Source: an uncultured Holophaga sp. (GTDB lineage Bacteria > Acidobacteriota > Holophagae > Holophagales > Holophagaceae). Taken from it: a stretch of 64,000 nt of DNA. A model generated the notes under the pieces. The model was not told the DNA's origin, ran no database searches, and saw nothing but the letters and a program-made list of their open reading frames with translations. A program made the position numbers and the translations under genes. The DNA lies in NCBI GenBank assembly GCA_963664825.1, contig OY761614.1, forward strand, positions 1,920,001 through 1,984,000, given 5' to 3'. This document shows positions 57,537 to 64,000 of this stretch, piece by piece (the stretch's first letter is position 1; the number at the start of each line of letters is the position of its first letter).

Positions 57537-59844
57537 CGCCATCCTAGCGGCGGGCCTCCTCGTCCCTTCGCTTCCCGCCATTCCTGAGGTCGCGAGGCCC
57601 CTGCCGCTCTCCGCTGTGCGGGTCACGGGAGGTCCCCTGAAACGGGCCCAGGACCTGGATGCTGCCTACCTCCTGAAGCTAGAGCCCGATCGCATGCTCG
57701 CCCTCTTTCGCCAGGAGGCGGGCCTCAAGCCCCGCGCTCTCCCCTACGGCGGATGGGACGGTCCCGGCAAGAACCTCACGGGCCACATCCTCGGTCACTA
57801 CCTTTCGGCCGTGAGCTTCATGGGGGAGGCCACCGGTGATCCCCGTTTCAAGGCCCGTGCGGATTACATCCTGAAGGAACTCAAGGAGGTCCAGGAGACC
57901 CAGGGGGATGGCTACCTGGGCGCACTGGAACATGGCAAGGAGGCTTTCTGGGCCCTGGCGAAGGGGGACATCCGCACCACAGGCTTCGATCTGAACGGGC
58001 TGTGGTCTCCCTGGTACGTGCTGCACAAAGTTTTTGCAGGACTCCGGGATGCCCATCGGCACGGGGGCAGCCCCCTGGCCCTGCAACTGGAGACGAACTT
58101 CGCTGCCTGGACGGAGGGAATCCTCTCTGGTCTCTCTCCCTCCCAGATCCAGTCCATGTTGGCGACCGAGTTCGGCGGCATGGGTGAAGTGCTGGTCGAC
58201 CTCTATGCGGATACGGGGAACCCCCGTTGGCTGGTCCTTTCACGCAAGTTCGAGCACAGCGCCGTGCTCGATCCCTTGAAAAGGCACCAGGACAGGCTCG
58301 CCGGACTGCATGGCAACACCCAGGTGCCCAAGCTCCTGGGGAACCTGGCGCGGTACGCCTGTGTGGGCGACACCGGCGACGGATTCGCGGCGGGATTCTT
58401 CTGGGACACGGTGGTCCAGCGCCACACCTGGGCCACGGGGGGACACGGACGGAACGAGTATTTCTTCGACCCAGGCAGGATGTCGGAGAACGTGGAGGGG
58501 CGCACGGCCGAGACTTGCAATGTCTACAACATGCTCAAGATGGCTCGGAGGCTCTTCGCGCTGCGCCGGGATGCGCCCTACGCGGAGTTCCAGGAACGGG
58601 CCCTCTTCAACCACATCCTGGCCTCCATGGATCCCATGGACGGGCGCACCTGCTACATGGTGCCCGTGGGGAGCGGAGTGCAACACGAATACCAGGACAT
58701 GGATAAGGACTTCACCTGCTGCGTGGGATCGGGCATGGAGAGCCACGCCCTGCACGGCGCTGGCATCTACCATGAGTCCGGCGACCGACTGTGGGTGAAC
58801 CTCTTCGTTCCCTCCACGGCCCGCTGGGAGGCCGCGGGTCTCGATCTTGCCCAGGAGACGGACCTGCCCCTGGGCGATTCCATGCGGTTGAGCCTCACCC
58901 TACGCGAACCCCGCGCCTTCACGCTGGCCCTGCGGCGGCCCGCCTGGGCCCTGGAGGGATTCACCGTGAAGGTCAATGGGGAATCCGTCTCGATCCTCCC
59001 GGCGCCGGGCTCCTACGTGGAACTGGCCCGCACCTGGAAGACGGGAGATCGCGTGGAATTGAGCCTGCCCAAGACCCTGCGCCTGGAGCCCCTAGCGGAT
59101 GATCCGAGCCGTGCGGCCATCCTGTGGGGCCCCCTGGTGCTGGCCGCGGACCTGGGACCCGAAGAGGGCTTCGAGGCATGGCGAGAGGGTGCCGTGCCCG
59201 CGATGGTGGTGCCCGAGGGCATGGCCCCCTGGGCGTGGCTCAGGCCCGTCCTTGGGCAGCCCGGACACTTCCGCACCGGGGGCGCGGGGCGGCCGCGGGA
59301 TGTGGAATTCTCTCCCTTCTTTGCTCTGCATCGCCGTTCCTACTCCGTCTATACCGGAATCTTCACGCCCGGCGCATGGGCGAAGCGCTCCGAATCCCTC
59401 TGCCTCGAGAGGGAACGCCAGGGGAGGCTCCAGGCGGCCACCGTGGCCTTCGTACAGCCGGGTGAGATGCAGCCCGAGCGAGATTTCGGCTTTCGGGGCG
59501 AGGGTCTTGTGCTGGATGAATCCAGGATCCAGGGCCGCGCCTTCCGCCGCAGCAGCAAGTGGTTCTCCTTTACGATGCCCGTGGATTCCTCCCGTCCCAT
59601 GTCGCTGGCCGTGACCTTCCTTCAGGACGAATGGCGCAAACGCACCCTGGATATCCGCGTGGAGGGCCGGAAGATCGGCGAGCAGACCCTGGATCGGGGT
59701 GGCACACCCCGTTTTTTCGATGCGGTCTACGCGATTCCCGAAGAGCTCACCCGTGGCCGGACTTCCGTGACGGTGCGCTTCGAGGCCACCCAGCAGAACG
59801 AGACCCCCGCCGTCTTCGGCGTCCGGACCTTCCGGACCCACTGA
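57526..59844 (+). CDS. Beta-L-arabinofuranosidase, GH146/GH127 (HypBA1-like), exported
   Basis: GHILGHYLSA, HGNTQVPK, ETCNVYNMLK and FTCCVG (Zn-Cys site); signal peptide. Confidence 0.88.
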   Translation: MLSSAILAAGLLVPSLPAIPEVARPLPLSAVRVTGGPLKRAQDLDAAYLLKLEPDRMLALFRQEAGLKPRALPYGGWDGPGKNLTGHILGHYLSAVSFMGEATGDPRFKARADYILKELKEVQETQGDGYLGALEHGKEAFWALAKGDIRTTGFDLNGLWSPWYVLHKVFAGLRDAHRHGGSPLALQLETNFAAWTEGILSGLSPSQIQSMLATEFGGMGEVLVDLYADTGNPRWLVLSRKFEHSAVLDPLKRHQDRLAGLHGNTQVPKLLGNLARYACVGDTGDGFAAGFFWDTVVQRHTWATGGHGRNEYFFDPGRMSENVEGRTAETCNVYNMLKMARRLFALRRDAPYAEFQERALFNHILASMDPMDGRTCYMVPVGSGVQHEYQDMDKDFTCCVGSGMESHALHGAGIYHESGDRLWVNLFVPSTARWEAAGLDLAQETDLPLGDSMRLSLTLREPRAFTLALRRPAWALEGFTVKVNGESVSILPAPGSYVELARTWKTGDRVELSLPKTLRLEPLADDPSRAAILWGPLVLAADLGPEEGFEAWREGAVPAMVVPEGMAPWAWLRPVLGQPGHFRTGGAGRPRDVEFSPFFALHRRSYSVYTGIFTPGAWAKRSESLCLERERQGRLQAATVAFVQPGEMQPERDFGFRGEGLVLDESRIQGRAFRRSSKWFSFTMPVDSSRPMSLAVTFLQDEWRKRTLDIRVEGRKIGEQTLDRGGTPRFFDAVYAIPEELTRGRTSVTVRFEATQQNETPAVFGVRTFRTH

Positions 59845-59863
59845 ATCCCTTCCCGGAGAAACC

Positions 59864-62098
59864 ATGTTCTCAAGAGCCCTGCTCATCCCTTGCCTTGTGG
59901 GCCTCCTCCTCCCCGCCCAGGGAACTCGGGCCGACTACGAGCGTGCCGCTCGCATGAAGGAACTGACCAGGACGGAGCTCTCCCGCGCCCAGCTCCGGCC
60001 CACCTTCCTGGAAGATGGCGCCTCCTTCTGGTACCGCAAGGATGATCCCGAGGGCCGAAAGGCCTGGATTCGGGTGTCCCTGGATGGCCGGAAGCGGCCC
60101 GCCTTCGATCATGCGCGTCTGGCCGGGAGTCTCGCCAAGGTGACGGGCAAGGCCGTGGAAGCGGGCAAACTTCCTATCGAGGAGCTGAGCTTCCTGGAGG
60201 GCGGCAAGCACCTGCTTTTCCGGACGGAAGAGGGCTGGTGGAGCTTCGAGTCGAAGACGGGCGCCGTGGCCAAGGCTCTGGCTCCCAAGGAACAGGCCCC
60301 TCCCCGGGGCGAGTATGACGACCCGGCCCCCCGGCGAACCCTGGTGCCCCTGCGCAGTCCGGATGGCCGGTACGCGGCCCAGATGCAGGATTCCAATATC
60401 GTGGTGCGCTCCGCCTCGGGAAAGGAGATCTTCCGCACCACGGACGGCGATTCCTCCGATCCCTATACAGGCGCCCTGGACTGGAGCCCCGACGGCCGGA
60501 AGCTGGTGGCCCAGCGATCCACGGTGGTGCCCATCCACCGGGTGACCTTCGTGGAATCCTCCCCCAAGGACCAGCTGGAACCCAAGGTCCACGTCAACGA
60601 TTACGCCAAGCCCGGCGATCCCCTTCCCATTGTGCGTCCCGTGCTGCTCGACCCGGAGAAGGGGCGCGTCGCGCCTGCGGATGCGAACCTGGCGCCCACA
60701 CCCTACTTCAACTATGGCGAAGACCTGGATATCCACTGGGCCAAGGATTCCAGCCGCTTCTTCTACGTCTATAACCAGCGGGGGCACCAGGCCCTGAAGG
60801 TGATCGCGGTGGATGCCGCCACGGGGGCGTCCAGGGCCGTGGTGGATGATCGCAGCAAGACCTTCATCGACTATTCCGGCAAGCAGTTCCTGGAGTATTT
60901 GGACGACACGAATGAACTGGTGTGGATGAGCGAACGCAATGGTTGGAACCATCTCTACCTAGTGGATGCCAGGACAGGTGCTGTCAAGAACCCCATCACC
61001 CAGGGCGAATGGGTCGTGCGCCGGGTGCTGAACGTGGATCCCAAGGCCCGCCAGATCCTCTTCATGGCCGGGGGCATCGTCCCGGGCCAGGACCCCTACT
61101 ACCTCCATCTGGTGAAGGTGAATTTCGATGGCACGGGCCTGAAGGTGCTCACGGAGGGGGACGGCACGCATTCGGTCACCCTCAACAAGGACCGCAGCGC
61201 CTTCGTGGACCTGTGGTCCCGGGTGGACCAGGCCCCGGTGGCCGAACTGCGCCGGACCGTCGATGGCGCGCGGGTGGCGGAGCTGGAGCGCTGGGACACC
61301 GTTTCCCTGCGGAAGGCCGGATGGAAACTGCCCGAGCGCTTCACGGCCAAGGCCCGGGACGGCAAGACCGATATTTATGGCGTCATCTACCGCCCCTCGA
61401 ACTATGATCCGGCCAAGAAGTATCCCGTCATCGAGTACATCTACGCGGGGCCCCAGGATGCCTTCGTGCCCAAGGCCTTCCAGCAGCGGACCATGTTCCC
61501 GGAACTCGTGGAACTGGGCTTCATCCTCGTCTCCATCGATGGCATGGGCACGAGCCAGCGCTCCAAGGCCTTCCACGACGTGTGCTTCAAGAACCTGGGC
61601 GATGGGGGCTTCCCCGACCGCATCCTCTGGATGAAGGCCGCCGCGGTCCAGGATCCCGCCATGGATCTCTCCCGGGTGGGCATCTTCGGCGGCAGCGCCG
61701 GGGGGCAGGACGCCCTGAGGGCCCTGCTGGGTTTCGGCGATTTCTACAAGGCGGCCGTGGCGGACTGCGGATGTCACGACAATCGCATGGACAAGGTCTG
61801 GTGGAACGAACTGTGGATGGGCTGGCCCGTCGGCCCCCACTACGCCGAACAGAGCAATGTCACCAACGCGCCGAAGCTCAAGGGCGATCTGCTCCTGCTG
61901 GTGGGCGAGATGGACACCAACGTGGACCCGGCCTCCACCCTGCAGGTGGTGAATGCCCTGGTGAAGGCGGATCGGGATTTCGAGATGCTGGTGGTGCCCG
62001 GCTCCGACCACGGCACCATGCGCATCCCCCACGTGGAGCGCCGCCTGAAGGACTTCTTCGTGCGCCATCTGCTGGGCGTTGCGCCCAGATCCAAGTAG
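59864..62098 (+). CDS. S9 dipeptidyl-peptidase IV-like protein, exported
   Basis: DPP-IV-type propeller motifs; YAGPQ, GGSAGG nucleophile, D.NV, DHG. Confidence 0.9.
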   Translation: MFSRALLIPCLVGLLLPAQGTRADYERAARMKELTRTELSRAQLRPTFLEDGASFWYRKDDPEGRKAWIRVSLDGRKRPAFDHARLAGSLAKVTGKAVEAGKLPIEELSFLEGGKHLLFRTEEGWWSFESKTGAVAKALAPKEQAPPRGEYDDPAPRRTLVPLRSPDGRYAAQMQDSNIVVRSASGKEIFRTTDGDSSDPYTGALDWSPDGRKLVAQRSTVVPIHRVTFVESSPKDQLEPKVHVNDYAKPGDPLPIVRPVLLDPEKGRVAPADANLAPTPYFNYGEDLDIHWAKDSSRFFYVYNQRGHQALKVIAVDAATGASRAVVDDRSKTFIDYSGKQFLEYLDDTNELVWMSERNGWNHLYLVDARTGAVKNPITQGEWVVRRVLNVDPKARQILFMAGGIVPGQDPYYLHLVKVNFDGTGLKVLTEGDGTHSVTLNKDRSAFVDLWSRVDQAPVAELRRTVDGARVAELERWDTVSLRKAGWKLPERFTAKARDGKTDIYGVIYRPSNYDPAKKYPVIEYIYAGPQDAFVPKAFQQRTMFPELVELGFILVSIDGMGTSQRSKAFHDVCFKNLGDGGFPDRILWMKAAAVQDPAMDLSRVGIFGGSAGGQDALRALLGFGDFYKAAVADCGCHDNRMDKVWWNELWMGWPVGPHYAEQSNVTNAPKLKGDLLLLVGEMDTNVDPASTLQVVNALVKADRDFEMLVVPGSDHGTMRIPHVERRLKDFFVRHLLGVAPRSK

Positions 62099-62112
62099 TT
62101 CCGGGAGGTACC

Positions 62113-63696
62113 ATGCGAAACCAGGTCCCATGCCTCGTCGCCCTGCTGGCCGCAAGTCTCCAGGCTCAGACGCCCCAGGTGACGGCCCCCTCGGAGGCCC
62201 TCCTGGCCCGGGTGGAGGCGAAGAATCAGGCGGCCGTGCGCGCCTTCTACCACAAGACCCTGGATATCCAGGGCCTGCCCGTGCTCGCCTCGGGAAAGGT
62301 CGCCGACGAGGCTCTGTTGCGCACTTTTGAACTGGTGAGCCATGTGCTGGCGGGACGGCCCGATGTCATTAAGGCCATGGCTGAATTCGGCACCCGCCTG
62401 CTCATCATCGGCAGGGACGAGGTCTACACCGATCTGCCGGAGTACCGGGACACGCCCGACCCCGCCTTCTGGAACGAGCGGGTGCGCGGGACGGGAGGGG
62501 ACGACGTCACCAGCTTCGGGGAGGAGAATCTCCTCAACCTGCCCGGCGACCGCTACGACGATATGAGCGTGGGGGTCCACGAGTTCTCCCACACCATCGA
62601 CGCCACCCTCACCCGCATGGACCCCGCCTGGCAGAAGGAACTGGTGTCCGTCTTCCGCCACGCCCGGAAGGCCCGGCTCTATGAACACGCATACGCCGCG
62701 AGCAACCCCACCGAGTACTGGGCCGAGGCCGTCACCATGTACTTCGACTGCGAGCGGCCCAATAACTGGAACCACGCCCCCATCGCCACCCGCGAGGCGC
62801 TCCAGCGCTACGACCCGGAGATGTTCGCCTTCATCCGGAAGACCCTCCGCCTCGAGCCCGCCCAGGGCTGGCGCCTCAGGCCCCTGCATCGGCAGCCTTC
62901 CGTCATGGCGCCTCCCAAGAGCTTCGGGGCCGATGCCGCCTACATGAAATTCACCTACGCCCGGGAGTTTCCCGTGCTGGGTACGGCCCGGGTGAGCGAG
63001 GCGGCCCTGCTCAAGGCCAACGACACCATTCGCAAGCTCTTCGCCTACCGCCACGATATCCTCAAGGGCCTCATCGCCCAGGGCGTGCGCCTGGTGGTCC
63101 TGGGCCAGGGCGAGTGCCTGCGCGATCTGCCGGAATTCCGGGAGAACCTGCACAGGGCCTCAGCCGACGATCTCCGCTTCCTGGACTATGATCCCGCCCG
63201 CAAATTGATGGTGGTGCCCGAGGAGAACGTCCTGGGCCTGCCCGGGGATCCCTTCGCCGGGGAATGCGCGACCATCGTGGCCTTCGCCAGGGCCATGGAT
63301 GAGGTCCTCGGCCAGCGCCCCGTGGACCTGGCCTTCGAGCGGAAGGCCGAACACCAGCAGTACGAACTCGGCGTGCGCCGCATGGATGTGCGCTTCGACC
63401 GGGCCCTGAAGGCCGCCTTCTCCCGGGCCTCCCGCAAGGGCCTCTGGAAGGGCACGCCCGCCGCCCGGGAGCCCACGGGTTACTGGGCCGCAGGCCTCAC
63501 CGCCTACTTCGACGCCGGTGGGGATGGCCAGGCTCCGGTGGGCGCCGTCCGCCCCATCACCACCCGGGAGGCCCTGAAGGCCTATGATCCCGGGCTCTAC
63601 CGGATCGTGGACGATACAATGGCCTACCGAGAACACGTGGACTGGCGCTTTAAACCAGCAAACGCGGGCCAACCCTCCTTGGCGGCGCAGCCATGA
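62113..63696 (+). CDS. Exported tandem-domain zinc metallopeptidase (ATLF/PPEP-like)
   Basis: Signal peptide; domain 1 has HEFSH and EYWAE; domain 2 is homologous but lacks both. Confidence 0.75.
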   Translation: MRNQVPCLVALLAASLQAQTPQVTAPSEALLARVEAKNQAAVRAFYHKTLDIQGLPVLASGKVADEALLRTFELVSHVLAGRPDVIKAMAEFGTRLLIIGRDEVYTDLPEYRDTPDPAFWNERVRGTGGDDVTSFGEENLLNLPGDRYDDMSVGVHEFSHTIDATLTRMDPAWQKELVSVFRHARKARLYEHAYAASNPTEYWAEAVTMYFDCERPNNWNHAPIATREALQRYDPEMFAFIRKTLRLEPAQGWRLRPLHRQPSVMAPPKSFGADAAYMKFTYAREFPVLGTARVSEAALLKANDTIRKLFAYRHDILKGLIAQGVRLVVLGQGECLRDLPEFRENLHRASADDLRFLDYDPARKLMVVPEENVLGLPGDPFAGECATIVAFARAMDEVLGQRPVDLAFERKAEHQQYELGVRRMDVRFDRALKAAFSRASRKGLWKGTPAAREPTGYWAAGLTAYFDAGGDGQAPVGAVRPITTREALKAYDPGLYRIVDDTMAYREHVDWRFKPANAGQPSLAAQP

Positions 63697-64000
63697 CCCG
63701 TCGGGGCATCCTCCGAAACATCTGTGCCTTGCTCCTCGGCGCGCTCTTGCCCTTGTGCGGAGCGCCTGCCTTCGAGGCGTCGAACAGCGTGGGCGGAATA
63801 TGGGTCTTCTCTGGGGCGCCGCCCTTCCCGGGGCTGCGCATGATGCAGATCGCCGTGAAGGCTGGAAGGGCCACGGGCACACTCACCACGGATTGGTACG
63901 GGCCCATGCCCATGCACGACCTCTGCATCCGGGGGAAGGCGGCCTCCTTCGGGATCCATAACGGCAACCCGCGTCTTCCCATGAAGACTTGGATGACCAC
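63693..64000 (+). CDS. Exported protein, truncated by the window end
   Basis: ATGA overlap with upstream stop; MTRRGILRNICALLLGALLPLCGAPA signal-like start; frame open to the end. Confidence 0.65.
   Translation, partial: MTRRGILRNICALLLGALLPLCGAPAFEASNSVGGIWVFSGAPPFPGLRMMQIAVKAGRATGTLTTDWYGPMPMHDLCIRGKAASFGIHNGNPRLPMKTWMT

Noticed and set aside
61582..62112. N-terminal extension of the metallopeptidase ORF
   Set aside because: Overlaps the S9 gene; the RBS and signal peptide point to ATG 62113

Overview
GC-rich bacterial chromosomal window. Gene content and style suggest an anaerobic Gram-negative such as Holophagae (Geothrix/Holophaga-like); this is inference, not verified. Layout: 1-11.8 kb is a mosaic, partly AT-rich Wzx/Wzy polysaccharide locus. 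12-43 kb is mostly housekeeping (rplU-rpmA-obgE-nadD-rsfS-gdhA, rlmN, moaC, PNP, ychF, kdsA) interspersed with two palindromic repeat families, one of which sits in-frame inside genes, plus a duplicated ychF 3' end. 43-50 kb is an accessory block (MFS remnant, HTH-WYL regulator, large secreted Ntn hydrolase, small secreted two-Cys peptide plus partner). 50.4-64 kb is the best candidate for an undescribed system: a tightly coupled operon joining the glycyl-radical hydroxyproline dehydratase HypD and its activase to a GH146/GH127 beta-L-arabinofuranosidase and several proline-directed peptidases. This suggests anaerobic degradation of arabinosylated hydroxyproline-rich plant glycoproteins (extensins). 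No rRNA, tRNA, CRISPR array or intact transposase was recognised.
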